Below, in pieces: positions 45,427 to 55,195 of a stretch of 64,000 nucleotides of DNA. The position numbers and the translations under genes are program-made. A model generated the notes under the pieces. That model was not told the origin of the DNA and did no database searches. It saw only the letters and a program-made list of their open reading frames with translations. Position 1 is the first letter of the stretch. The number at the start of each line of letters is the position of its first letter. The DNA comes from Candidatus Komeilibacteria bacterium (GTDB lineage: Bacteria; Patescibacteriota; Patescibacteriia; UBA1558; GWA2-36-10): positions 20,873-84,872 of the forward strand of contig JABHZY010000017.1 in the NCBI GenBank assembly GCA_018656065.1. Direction: 5' to 3'.

Positions 45427-45990
45427 TTATGCTCCTCCCCCTCCTCCAGGGCATATTCCGTGAACTTGGCAGATGCCAGTACAGCAGGGCGTGCCACTTG
45501 GATGGCAGCCGGTTTCTCCAGCAAGTACACAACAGTTCTTAGTAGTTGTTTCTTCACAAGATTCATTAGAACAGCTAATATATTTTTCCTCACCAGTCTT
45601 TTTTACTTCTAAACAAAAGCTAGTGTTTTCAAAATCAGATTGAGCACTATACCAATTCCAGCCGGTTTCAAGAAAACTACCCCAGGTAGGTTCGCTCATT
45701 CCACTTAGGCAAAGAGAATTACCTGACCAAGGTGTGTAGTCAGTTATTTCATCTTGAACACCATCCCAACCATTACAATCACGACCATTACAATTTAATT
45801 CAGTTTCAGAATAAACACAAAGAGTGGCAGCTTTTTGGAGTTGAGCTAATGAATGCATTATTTTAGCTTTATTGGCTTTATCTTTAGCGCTCCGTAGATT
45901 AACTACGGCTGTAGTTGATAGTATACCGATAATAGCTATTACTATTAGTAGCTCTACTAAAGTAAAACCTTTTTTGTCTTTGTGAAACAT
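45427..45990 (-). CDS. Type IV pilin-like protein with a Cys-rich C-terminal module
   Basis: Prepilin leader and N-methylation site KKGFTLVELLIVIAIIGIL. It has 14 Cys, ending in CCVLAGETGCHPSGTPCCTGICQVHGICPGGGGGA. Confidence 0.85.
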   Translation of the reverse strand: MFHKDKKGFTLVELLIVIAIIGILSTTAVVNLRSAKDKANKAKIMHSLAQLQKAATLCVYSETELNCNGRDCNGWDGVQDEITDYTPWSGNSLCLSGMSEPTWGSFLETGWNWYSAQSDFENTSFCLEVKKTGEEKYISCSNESCEETTTKNCCVLAGETGCHPSGTPCCTGICQVHGICPGGGGGA

Positions 45991-46016
45991 TATGTCTATT
46001 ATAACATTTTTATTTT

Positions 46017-46045
46017 AAACAAAAAAGCCTCCTACCTAGGAGGCT
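46017..46045 (-). terminator. Rho-independent terminator after tig
   Basis: AGCCTCCT ACCT AGGAGGCT, with a T-run on the minus strand. Confidence 0.75.
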
Positions 46046-46051
46046 TAAAAA

Positions 46052-47332
46052 TTATTTTATAACTTTTTGAGCTATTAGATCAATTATTCTTTGATTGGTT
46101 ATTACATTAGCTATATGTTGTCGATAATTAGGATGAGTTATATTCTTCATAGCTTCTTCATTATCTTTGTACTTTTCAGTTTCTTTTTTAATTTCTTCAT
46201 CAATTTCTTTATCATCAATCTTGATTTTTTCCTCTTGAGAAATTTGGCGCATTGCTAGGGCAGCCTTTATTCTTTCTTCAGCTTGAGGACGGAAATCTTT
46301 TTTAAGATCTTCTTGGGTTTTATTAATTGATTTTAAGTATCCAGCCATGTCCATGCCTTGCTGTGTAATACTGTGCTCTAATTCATGAGACATTTTATGA
46401 ACTTCGCTATCAATTAACTTTTCAGGGATATCTTCAATCTTAGCTTGTTTAACTATAGCTTCTATAGCCTCACCTTCAGCACGTTGTTTTTCTTTAGCTT
46501 CTTTATCTTGTTTGATATTTTGAGATAACTGTTCTTTTAGCTTAGCCATACTCTCCATGCCCATCAGCTTAGCAAGTTCGTCATCTAGTTTAGGTAATTC
46601 TCTATTAGCTACGCTTAGTAGCTTTACTTTGAAAGTAGCTAGCTTACCGGCTAGATTTTCTTTAAAATATTCTTTTGGAAAATTTAATTCAAATTCTTTT
46701 TTATCATCTTTTTTCATACCAATAATTTGATCCTCAAAACCAGGAATCATACGTCCTTCGCCAATTACCATTGGATACTTTGGATTTTTACCACCTTCAA
46801 TTACTACCTTGTCGATTAAAACTTCAAAATTAACTTCTATTTTATCTCCTTTTTTAGCAGCTCTATCAACAGCGCTTTCTTTGACCTGCATATTTTGCAG
46901 TTGCTCTAAAGTTTTATTAATATCTTCATCATTAGCTTCTATTTTCTTTTTCTTTACTTTTAGAGTTTGCCATTCACCTAAAGTGACTTTAGGCAATAGA
47001 GCAACAATAGCAGTGTAAGACAGAGGATTGCCGGGAGCAATTTTTTCTATATTAATTTCAGGCTGACCAACGCTTTCAACTTTTTCACGAGTAATAGCTT
47101 TGTAAAATGAGTCGTTAACAATCATATCAAGAGCTTCTTGATAAATGGCCATTTCTCCAAATTTATTTTTGACTAACTCATAAGGAGCTTTACCAGGTCT
47201 AAAGCCGGGTAGTTTAGAATTTTTACTCATTTTTTCCGCAGCTTTTTCTAAGTGAGGTTTCATTTCGTCCAGAGACACTTCGATAGACAACTTTACTTGG
47301 TTTTTTTCTAAATCTTTTTTAGTAATTTTCAT
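46052..47332 (-). CDS. tig: Trigger factor
   Basis: The N-terminal ribosome-binding region contains GFRPGKAP, followed by a central FKBP-like domain and a helical C-terminus. Confidence 0.9.
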   Translation of the reverse strand: MKITKKDLEKNQVKLSIEVSLDEMKPHLEKAAEKMSKNSKLPGFRPGKAPYELVKNKFGEMAIYQEALDMIVNDSFYKAITREKVESVGQPEINIEKIAPGNPLSYTAIVALLPKVTLGEWQTLKVKKKKIEANDEDINKTLEQLQNMQVKESAVDRAAKKGDKIEVNFEVLIDKVVIEGGKNPKYPMVIGEGRMIPGFEDQIIGMKKDDKKEFELNFPKEYFKENLAGKLATFKVKLLSVANRELPKLDDELAKLMGMESMAKLKEQLSQNIKQDKEAKEKQRAEGEAIEAIVKQAKIEDIPEKLIDSEVHKMSHELEHSITQQGMDMAGYLKSINKTQEDLKKDFRPQAEERIKAALAMRQISQEEKIKIDDKEIDEEIKKETEKYKDNEEAMKNITHPNYRQHIANVITNQRIIDLIAQKVIK

Positions 47333-47338
47333 AATTTT

Positions 47339-49378
47339 TTAGATTATTAATATAGCTACTAGTAATAGGGCTACAACATTTAAAATTTTAATCATTGGAT
47401 TGATAGCTGGACCAGCAGTGTCTTTATAAGGGTCGCCAACTGTATCACCAGTTACAGCAGCTTTATGAGCTTCAGATCCTTTACCACCATGGTTACCACT
47501 TTCAATGTATTTTTTAGCATTATCCCAAGCTCCACCACCTGAGGTCATAGATAAAGCCATGAAAATTCCAGTTACGATACTACCAACTAAAGTACCACCC
47601 AGTACTAGCCAACCATTATCTCCTCTAAAAACTAAGACAATAAGAATTGGTACTACCACAGGAATTAGTGCAGGCACTATCATTTGTTTTAGAGCGCCTT
47701 TAGTTACAATATCAACAGCAGAAGTGTAATTTGGTTTTTCAGTACCATCCATAATACCAGGATGTTTTTTAAATTGCTCACGAACTTCTTTTACAATGTA
47801 TCCAGCTGTTTTACCAACTGCTTCCATAGACATAGCACTAAAGATATAAGGCAATAGTCCACCTATAAATAAACCAGCTAACACATAAGGATCATCTAAG
47901 CTAAAAGTAAGATTAATTCCTTTTAGACTTAAATCTTTCATGTAAGCTGCGAAAAGTACTAGAGAAGCTAAGCCAGCAGAGGCAATAGCATAGCCCTTAG
48001 TTACAGCTTTAGTTGTATTACCAACAGCGTCTAATGGATCAGTAATATTTCTAACCTTTTCTGGCATTTCAGCCATTTCAGCAATACCACCGGCATTGTC
48101 TGTAATAGGACCATAGGCATCAATAGTAACAATAATACCAGCTAAAGAAAGCATACTCATTGCTGCAACAGCAATACCGTATAAACCAGCAAAATAGAAT
48201 GCAGCTATAATACCAGCTACGATTACTAAGACTGGCCAAGCAGTAGCTTTCATAGAAATAGCTAAGCCTTGAATAACATTTGTGCCGTGTCCAGTTTCAC
48301 TAGCCTTGGCAATTGATTGAACAGGTTTGTATTTTGTAGAAGTGTAATATTCTGTTAACCAGACAATAAAAGCAGTCACTACTAGACCAACAATAGAAGC
48401 ATAATAGATTTCAATATACTTTGCAGTTACTAGATCGGCCATCATATGTTTAGTTACAAAGTAAAAAGCTATGGCAGCTAATACACCGGCAGCGATTAAA
48501 CCTTTATATAAAGCTTTCATTATATGATCACCTTTTTCAATTTCTTCTACACTTTTATTTTTATCTAATCTAATAAAGAATAAACCAATAATAGAAGCGC
48601 CAATAGCCACAGCACCTAAAGCTAGGGGATATAGCACAGCGTTTTCATTGCCAGTAAATGTAAATGAGCCCAAGAGCATAGCAGCTACTAAAGTAACAGC
48701 ATATGTTTCGAATAGATCAGCGGCCATACCAGCGCAATCACCTACATTATCACCTACATTATCAGCAATTACGGCTGGGTTTCTTGGATCATCTTCTGGA
48801 ATACCAGCTTCTACTTTACCAACTAAATCAGCTCCTACATCAGCTGCTTTAGTAAAGATACCACCACCTAATCTAGCAAAAACTGAGATAAGACTTCCAC
48901 CAAAGCCAAGTCCAACCAAATGATGAACTTCTATAAATGGTAGAGCAAACATAAGTGATACTCCTAGTAATGCTAAACCAACTACTAACATGCCAGTTAC
49001 AGCTCCTCCCATAACAGCTAAGTTCATAGCTGGTTGGATGCCTTTACGAGCAGCTTCTGCAGTACGAACATTAGTGCGAACAGATATGTTCATACCAATA
49101 ATACCAGCTGCAGCTGATAAAACAGCACCAACTAAAAATGCTAGAGCTGTGCTCCATTCAGTGGCAAAGCCTAAAATTATAAATAAACCGGCTGCTAAAT
49201 AAGCAATGGTTTTATATTGACGACTAAGATAAGCCTTAGCTCCAATTTGAATTGCCTTAGCAATTTCTTTCATCTTATCATCTCCAGCAGGGTTTTTTAG
49301 GATTTTTTTGATTAGTAGTATACCGAAAACGATAGATACTACGCTGGCTATAATAGCCAAAAGGATTACATTGTTCAT
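47339..49378 (-). CDS. hppA: Membrane-integral pyrophosphatase (K+-independent type by sequence rule)
   Basis: Motifs GDNVGDCAG and [10 protein letters not shown], about 16 TM helices, and [10 protein letters not shown] with Lys at the A/K determinant. Confidence 0.95.
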   Translation of the reverse strand: MNNVILLAIIASVVSIVFGILLIKKILKNPAGDDKMKEIAKAIQIGAKAYLSRQYKTIAYLAAGLFIILGFATEWSTALAFLVGAVLSAAAGIIGMNISVRTNVRTAEAARKGIQPAMNLAVMGGAVTGMLVVGLALLGVSLMFALPFIEVHHLVGLGFGGSLISVFARLGGGIFTKAADVGADLVGKVEAGIPEDDPRNPAVIADNVGDNVGDCAGMAADLFETYAVTLVAAMLLGSFTFTGNENAVLYPLALGAVAIGASIIGLFFIRLDKNKSVEEIEKGDHIMKALYKGLIAAGVLAAIAFYFVTKHMMADLVTAKYIEIYYASIVGLVVTAFIVWLTEYYTSTKYKPVQSIAKASETGHGTNVIQGLAISMKATAWPVLVIVAGIIAAFYFAGLYGIAVAAMSMLSLAGIIVTIDAYGPITDNAGGIAEMAEMPEKVRNITDPLDAVGNTTKAVTKGYAIASAGLASLVLFAAYMKDLSLKGINLTFSLDDPYVLAGLFIGGLLPYIFSAMSMEAVGKTAGYIVKEVREQFKKHPGIMDGTEKPNYTSAVDIVTKGALKQMIVPALIPVVVPILIVLVFRGDNGWLVLGGTLVGSIVTGIFMALSMTSGGGAWDNAKKYIESGNHGGKGSEAHKAAVTGDTVGDPYKDTAGPAINPMIKILNVVALLLVAILII

Positions 49379-49405
49379 AATGTTTTTAGTTTATTAATAT
49401 AAAAA

Positions 49406-50788
49406 TTATTCTTTATCTTCTTTTTTAGCTTTAGAAGTTTTCTTCTTAACTGCTTTCTTTTTAGGTTTTTCGTCTTCGCTTTCCTCATCTTTTTTGGCAG
49501 TTTTCTTTTTTGATTTCACTTCTTTGTCTTCCTTCTTAGCTTTAGAAGTTTTCTTCTTTGATTTTTCTTCTTTATTATTCTTTTCGTCTTTTTTATCTGT
49601 TACTTCTTCAATCTCTTCTTTATCTTCTTTTTTCTTTTTATCATCAGCAGAAATTTTATCGCCAGTTTCAGAAGAAATAATATCTATTTTCCAATTAGTT
49701 AGTTTAGCAGCTAGTCTAACATTTTGACCACCACGTCCGATAGCTAGTGATAATTGATCATCCGCTACTTTAACAGAAGCAGTTTGTTCTTCTTCATTGA
49801 TATCAATATTTTCTATTTCAGCTGGAGAAAGGGCATTAGTGATAAAGTGTTTTACATCTTCATCCCATTCTATAATATCAATTTTTTCTCCACCTAATTC
49901 ATTGATGACTGTTTGGACTCTAGAGCCACGTTGGCCCACACAAGAACCTACTGGATCTATATTTTCTTCAGTAGCAATTACGGCTATTTTTGATCTAGAA
50001 CCAGCTTCACGAGCAATAGATTTAATTTCTACTGTCCCGGCAGCAATTTCAGGAACTTCAGTAGCAAATAATTCATGGACAATATCAGGATGAGTGCGAG
50101 ATAATACAATTTCTGGCCCTTTGTTTCCTACACGCACTTCGACGATGTAAAAATTTAATCTAGCTCCAATATTATATCTCTCCGTTCTAATTTGTTCTTC
50201 GATTGGTAGGATTGCGTTAGCTTTACCTAAATCAACAATAAACCTACGACCTTCTTTTCTTTGAATTGTACCTAAGACTAATTCGCCTTCTTTATCTTTG
50301 TATTCATTGAAAATATGATCACGCTCAGCTTCACGAAGCCGTTGGACAATTACTTGTTTAGCGGTTTGAGCTGCCATACGTCCATATTCATCAGGTACTT
50401 CTAATTTAGTTTCTATGATATCGCCAATTTTATAATCAGCCTTATCTTGATTTACCTCAGAGATCATAATTTCTGAACGAGGATTAAATCTTTTGATTAA
50501 GTCTTCTTCAGGAATTTCATCACCGGCTTCTTTTTTCTCTTTTTGTTCTTCGACTAGCCTTTCTTCTTCTTCTAGATCTACATTCTCGACTACAGTTTTC
50601 ACATCAAAAACAGCCGTCTGACCATTGTCAGCGTTAAAGACTACTTTGATATTTTGATTTTTATTGCCAAACTCTTTACGGTAGGCTGCGGCCAGAGCTG
50701 CTTCTATAGCTCCGATAATAGCTTCCATAGATAAGTTCTTTTCATCGGCAATTTGTTTTATAGCTGCTGCTATATTGTTTGTTGCCAT
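49406..50788 (-). CDS. nusA: Transcription termination/antitermination factor NusA with a Lys-rich tail
   Basis: NTD, S1 domain and two KH domains (IGRGGQNVRLA). The roughly 90-aa K/E-rich C-terminal tail contains a repeated KKKTSKAKKEDKE. Confidence 0.93.
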   Translation of the reverse strand: MATNNIAAAIKQIADEKNLSMEAIIGAIEAALAAAYRKEFGNKNQNIKVVFNADNGQTAVFDVKTVVENVDLEEEERLVEEQKEKKEAGDEIPEEDLIKRFNPRSEIMISEVNQDKADYKIGDIIETKLEVPDEYGRMAAQTAKQVIVQRLREAERDHIFNEYKDKEGELVLGTIQRKEGRRFIVDLGKANAILPIEEQIRTERYNIGARLNFYIVEVRVGNKGPEIVLSRTHPDIVHELFATEVPEIAAGTVEIKSIAREAGSRSKIAVIATEENIDPVGSCVGQRGSRVQTVINELGGEKIDIIEWDEDVKHFITNALSPAEIENIDINEEEQTASVKVADDQLSLAIGRGGQNVRLAAKLTNWKIDIISSETGDKISADDKKKKEDKEEIEEVTDKKDEKNNKEEKSKKKTSKAKKEDKEVKSKKKTAKKDEESEDEKPKKKAVKKKTSKAKKEDKE

Positions 50789-50963
50789 AGTTCTTTCTTT
50801 AGTTATTTATTTTATATACGATTATATAAGCTCCTCGGTTCGGAAATATAAATTTATATTATATTTCGCTCACCTTACGTCGCTTATAAAAAAGAGCCAG
50901 TCTACTATAGTAAACTGACTTTAACATAAATAATAATACTCTTTTTTATATATTTAGTCAATA

Positions 50964-51308
50964 TTAAATTTGATAACGGCGAATTTTAGCTATTTTATCA
51001 TTTATTTCAATGATAAAAGCTTCTAGATAGAAAAATTCAGACAACTTCTCTTGTCTAGCTAATAGCTGATAAGTAATATAGATGTTATTTATTTTTTTGT
51101 TACTAATACTTTCTTCAGGCCAAGAAAATTGTTTACCGTATCTAGTTTTTACTTCTACTACTAATATTTGCTTATTTTTAACTAAAACTAAATCAAGTTC
51201 ACCATAGCGACTAAAATAATTTTGAATTATTAATTTATAGCCTCGTTTTTGGTAATAGCGTAAGGCAATTTGTTCACCGTATTGACCTAATGATTTTTTA
51301 TATAACAT
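50964..51308 (-). CDS. yraN: YraN-family (UPF0102) endonuclease-like protein
   Basis: GEQIALRYYQKRGYKLIIQNY..GELDLV..VVEVKTR. Confidence 0.85.
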   Translation of the reverse strand: MLYKKSLGQYGEQIALRYYQKRGYKLIIQNYFSRYGELDLVLVKNKQILVVEVKTRYGKQFSWPEESISNKKINNIYITYQLLARQEKLSEFFYLEAFIIEINDKIAKIRRYQI

Positions 51309-51348
51309 AAAAACAGACTTTAGCCTGTTTTTATTTGTATTTTAAAAT

Positions 51349-51753
51349 TTATTTTTGCTTAGGTAGCCATTTATCAAACTCTTGTTCTTTTTTTTCGCGC
51401 TCTTCTTTATTAGGTATTTTAGTTTTAGCAAATTTGATAATAAAGACTAACCAGATTATCATAATAATGATAAATATCAAAAACCAACCACGAGCACTAA
51501 GATACAAGGCCCTTGTTTCTCTAAAAGACATAAAAACTAAACCGACTAAACCATTAGTCCAGCCCCAGACTTGTATTTTTTGCCATAATTTTTTACTTAA
51601 GCCTTTTTCATTTATTTTTTTCTGAGCATAGATGGCTAAGATTATAGATCCTATAAATACTATAAACAACGCTATTCTAATTGGCCAAGAAAATCCAGCC
51701 GGAGGAAAGCGGTTAAACATATAAGCTAGGTCAAAAAGTTTTTCTAGATTCAT
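51349..51753 (-). CDS. Membrane protein (134 aa), unknown function
   Basis: Three TM helices and a basic C-terminal tail. Confidence 0.55.
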   Translation of the reverse strand: MNLEKLFDLAYMFNRFPPAGFSWPIRIALFIVFIGSIILAIYAQKKINEKGLSKKLWQKIQVWGWTNGLVGLVFMSFRETRALYLSARGWFLIFIIIMIIWLVFIIKFAKTKIPNKEEREKKEQEFDKWLPKQK

Positions 51754-51784
51754 GTGATTATTATTAATTATCTATATGTTAGAT

Positions 51785-51816
51785 AAAAAAACAGCCCTAG
51801 TCAAGGGCTGTTTTTA
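51785..51816 (-). terminator. Rho-independent terminator after the methyltransferase gene
   Basis: CAGCCC TAGTCAA GGGCTG, flanked by A and T runs. Confidence 0.75.
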
Positions 51817-51823
51817 AATAAGT

Positions 51824-52567
51824 TTATTGTTTAATGAATATCATACCAAAGTGATATTGTCCGGCTTTAAATTGTTGCTCTAATACTAGGTTTATTTTTT
51901 CAGCTTGTTTTAAGAGATTATTTGAGTCTACCTGTCTATCGTTATGTGGGCCTAGTCCTGTATTAGTAGTACTCCAATCTATGATTAACATTTTTCCACC
52001 AGTTTTTAGTAATCTAGCGCCTTCGGTGATCATTTTATCAGTTTCCTTTGCTTGGAATAATACATTTATTAATAAGACAAAGTCTAAGGTATCAGTTGGT
52101 ATTTTTGTGGCGCCTACTATTTCTATATTACTCCACACGGTTTTGATATTATATAAATTAGCCATTCGAGCCTTGGATTCAACATCGGCGAGGATAGGTT
52201 TAATAATATCTACAGCATAAACTTCTCCTTGATCACCTACTAATCTAGCTGCCTGTAATGTAAACATTCCACCGCCAGTTCCTAAATCCGCTACTCTATT
52301 TCCAACCTTAATATTCAATATTTTGCTTAATATATCATTAGCATTTAATAATTCACTCTTACCAAAAACAGTCGTTTGGTCTTGTTTATTATCATTTAAA
52401 GGACTTGTCTGGTTGGCTTGTTCGGGCGGTAAATCTTGATTAGCTGTCTGATTGACTGGCATATCAGAGGGCGGAGCTGGGTTAGTGAAATTAGGATCAG
52501 CTGTATTGGGATCTTGATTGTTGGGAGAGGTTTGTAAATTTTCATTTGTGATATTTTTTTCTTCCAT
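51824..52567 (-). CDS. Class I SAM-dependent methyltransferase with an N/Q/P-rich disordered N-terminus
   Basis: Motif I VADLGTGGGMF. It is preceded by about 65 aa of low-complexity sequence (NPNTADPNFTNPAPP...). Confidence 0.8.
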   Translation of the reverse strand: MEEKNITNENLQTSPNNQDPNTADPNFTNPAPPSDMPVNQTANQDLPPEQANQTSPLNDNKQDQTTVFGKSELLNANDILSKILNIKVGNRVADLGTGGGMFTLQAARLVGDQGEVYAVDIIKPILADVESKARMANLYNIKTVWSNIEIVGATKIPTDTLDFVLLINVLFQAKETDKMITEGARLLKTGGKMLIIDWSTTNTGLGPHNDRQVDSNNLLKQAEKINLVLEQQFKAGQYHFGMIFIKQ

Positions 52568-52680
52568 AGTATTATTTACTATTTATATTTGTATTATACC
52601 AGATTTTGGTTTTTTATTGAATAATAAAATAAAACAGAGTATTATACATAGTATAAGTTATCTAATTTTAAATAATAATT

Positions 52681-54480
52681 ATGTGTGGAATCATAGGTTA
52701 CATTGGTCAAAGAAAGACTGCGCCAATATTAATTAATGGCTTGGCTAAACTTGAATATCGGGGATATGATAGCGCTGGTATTTGTGTTTTAGAAGATCAA
52801 GAACTTAAAACTATTAAGAAGAAAGGAATGATAGCTGAATTGGCGAAGGATAAAAATATTAATAATTTATCAGCTGTTTTAGGGATTGCTCATACTCGCT
52901 GGGCTACTCACGGTGAGCCAAATGAAAGAAATGCTCATCCCCATTTTGATTGTGATGGAAATATAGCCATAGTACATAATGGAATAATAGAAAATCATCA
53001 AGCTTTGAAAAAACTATTAGAAAAACATGGACATAAAATAAAATCTGATACAGATTCTGAAATAATTGCTCATCTGATTGAAAAATTTTATAAAGATGAT
53101 TTAGAAGAAGCTGTAATTCAAGCACTTAATTTAATTGAGGGAGCCTTTGGTTTGGCAGCTTTGCATAAAAATGAAAATAGGATAGTAGTAGCGCGTAGAG
53201 GTTCACCACTTATTATTGGGGTTGGAGATGGAGAGATGTTTGTAGCTTCAGATATTCCAGCTATTCTAGAGTATACTAAACGTGTTATTTATCTTAATGA
53301 TGACGAATTAGCTGTTATTGAAAAAGATAAATATCAAATTAAAAAGTTAACAGGTGAGAATGTAGATAAAGAAATTCATGAAATAAAATGGACAGTAGAT
53401 CAAATAGCTAAGCAGGGTTATAAGTATTTCATGCTTAAAGAAATTTTTGAGCAGCCAGAGGCACTGCTTAATACTCTGAGAGGGCGTATTAAAGAAAATC
53501 AAATTAAGATTTCAGTTGACCTTGATATTACTAAAATCAAAAGAATTATTATTGTTGCCTGTGGAACTTCTTGGCATAGCGCTTTGATTGGTAAATATTT
53601 ATTAGAATTAATAACTGGCATTAAAACAGAAGTAGATTATGCATCAGAATTTCGTTATAGGCAACCTATAGTAGATTCGGATGATCTTATGATAGTTATT
53701 TCACAATCAGGCGAGACAGCGGATACTTTAGCAGCTTTAAAGGAAGCTAAGAAAAAAGGAGCTAAAACTTTAGGTATTGTAAATGCAGTGGGTTCTACTA
53801 TTACTAGAGAAGTAGATACAGGTATTTATCTTCATGCTGGACCAGAAATTGGAGTAGCCTCTACTAAAGCTTTTACTTCTCAAGTTTTGGCTTTAATTAT
53901 TTTTGCTCTAAATACAAAACAAAATCAAGGAGAAAAAATAGATAAAGAAATTATTAGAGAGTTAGCTAATATTCCAGATAAAATTTCTCAGGCCTTGAAA
54001 CAAGATAAAAAAATTATAAAATTGGCTGATAAATTTAAAGATGCTAAAAATTTTCTTTATTTAGGTAGGGGATTTAATTTTCCAGTGGCGTTAGAGGGAG
54101 CTCTTAAATTAAAAGAAATTTCTTATATCCACGCTGAGGGTTATCCGGCTGCTGAAATTAAACATGGACCAATTGCTTTAATAGATAAAAATATGCCAGT
54201 AGTTTTTATAGCTACTAAAAGTAATCTGTCTCAAAAAATTATTTCTAATATGCAGGAGGTTAAATCTCGTAATGGAATAATTATTGCTCTAGTTAATAAA
54301 GGTGATAAAGATATTAAGAAAATAGCAGATCATGTAATAGAAGTACCAGAGACTTTAGATGAATTTTCCCCAATAATAAATGTAATACCATTACAATTAT
54401 TAGCTTATCATATTGCAGATTTAAAAAATCTTAATGTAGATAAACCAAGAAATTTAGCTAAAAGTGTTACAGTGGAATAA
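52681..54480 (+). CDS. glmS: Glutamine-fructose-6-phosphate aminotransferase
   Basis: N-terminal MCGIIGY, two SIS domains, and C-terminal KSVTVE. Confidence 0.97.
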   Translation: MCGIIGYIGQRKTAPILINGLAKLEYRGYDSAGICVLEDQELKTIKKKGMIAELAKDKNINNLSAVLGIAHTRWATHGEPNERNAHPHFDCDGNIAIVHNGIIENHQALKKLLEKHGHKIKSDTDSEIIAHLIEKFYKDDLEEAVIQALNLIEGAFGLAALHKNENRIVVARRGSPLIIGVGDGEMFVASDIPAILEYTKRVIYLNDDELAVIEKDKYQIKKLTGENVDKEIHEIKWTVDQIAKQGYKYFMLKEIFEQPEALLNTLRGRIKENQIKISVDLDITKIKRIIIVACGTSWHSALIGKYLLELITGIKTEVDYASEFRYRQPIVDSDDLMIVISQSGETADTLAALKEAKKKGAKTLGIVNAVGSTITREVDTGIYLHAGPEIGVASTKAFTSQVLALIIFALNTKQNQGEKIDKEIIRELANIPDKISQALKQDKKIIKLADKFKDAKNFLYLGRGFNFPVALEGALKLKEISYIHAEGYPAAEIKHGPIALIDKNMPVVFIATKSNLSQKIISNMQEVKSRNGIIIALVNKGDKDIKKIADHVIEVPETLDEFSPIINVIPLQLLAYHIADLKNLNVDKPRNLAKSVTVE

Positions 54481-54516
54481 GTAAAATTTTTATAACTATG
54501 CTATAATATACTGGCT

Positions 54517-54921
54517 ATGGAATATTTAAGTGATGAGGCAGACAAAAGAATAAGGCATATGCTATCCATGCCATTTATATGGATTATGATAGTGCCTATA
54601 GTATTTTTAGATATAACATTATATATTTATCAGCAAATAGTATTTTATTTGTATGATTTAGAATATATAGATAGATCAAAATATATAAAAATAGATAGAC
54701 ATAAATTATCTTATTTGAATCCGTTAGAAAAGCTTAATTGTGCTTATTGTGGTTATAGTAATGGATTATTAGCTTATGCGTTAGCTATTGCAGCTCAGAC
54801 AGAATTATATTGGTGCGGTATAAAACATGCTAAAGATCCTGAGTTTGTAGCACCCGATCATCATCAAAAATTTGCAGAGTATAATAATAAAAAGGATTTT
54901 GATAGAAAATATAAAAAATAG
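54517..54921 (+). CDS. Hypothetical membrane protein with a CxxC..C motif
   Basis: One or two TM helices, with CAYCGYSNG and YWCGIKH. Confidence 0.55.
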   Translation: MEYLSDEADKRIRHMLSMPFIWIMIVPIVFLDITLYIYQQIVFYLYDLEYIDRSKYIKIDRHKLSYLNPLEKLNCAYCGYSNGLLAYALAIAAQTELYWCGIKHAKDPEFVAPDHHQKFAEYNNKKDFDRKYKK

Positions 54922-54934
54922 ATATAACATACTA

Positions 54935-54963
54935 TTGACATTTAGTTAATTTCTTGCTATTAT
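54935..54963 (+). promoter_or_regulatory. Near-consensus sigma70 promoter upstream of tRNA-Glu/cspA
   Basis: TTGACA (54935-54940), 17-nt spacer, TATTAT (54958-54963). Confidence 0.55.
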
Positions 54964-55045
54964 ATTGACGTTCTATTATTTGACCTCATTTCCGAGAAAG
55001 GCTCGGTAATAGACTAGGCGTTTAGGACATAAAATTTTATTTTTA

Positions 55046-55120
55046 GGCCCCATCGTCTAGTGGTTAGGACACCAGGTTTTCATCCTGGCAACCGGAGTTC
55101 GATTCTCCGTGGGGTCACCA
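55046..55120 (+). tRNA. tRNA-Glu (UUC), CCA encoded
   Basis: Acceptor GGCCCCA/TGGGGTC, anticodon loop TTTTCAT, T-loop TTCGATT. Confidence 0.93.
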
Positions 55121-55195
55121 CAAACATAGTAATCGTAGAAATAGAGTCGGATTTCGAAGTTACTATTAGTTAATTCGTTTCTTATTTCTACAAAA

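Noticed and set aside
45384-45593. A 69-aa minus-strand ORF overlapping the 3' end of the type IV pilin gene.
   Set aside because: It is an alternative frame of the GC-rich pilin tail, without SD or motif. The pilin frame has the diagnostic N-terminus.
50789-50963. A possible structured RNA in the nusA-yraN spacer: an AT-rich 9-bp hairpin (GAAATATAA / TTATATTTC) flanked by GC-richer segments containing GTGAGCGAA, reminiscent of the CTGAGCGAA motif.
   Set aside because: The GC-rich flanks are not mutually complementary, and the similarity to the repeat motif is only 8 of 9 nt in one block. The region is adequately explained by the yraN terminator plus the nusA promoter (TATAAT present).
51335-51625. 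A 96-aa plus-strand ORF.
   Set aside because: It is antisense to the 134-aa membrane protein gene, which has a coherent TM pattern and terminator. Its composition is dominated by A/T-codon artefacts.
52568-52680. A glmS ribozyme or riboswitch upstream of glmS.
   Set aside because: The 113-nt leader is almost pure A/T and contains none of the conserved GC-rich glmS ribozyme core segments.
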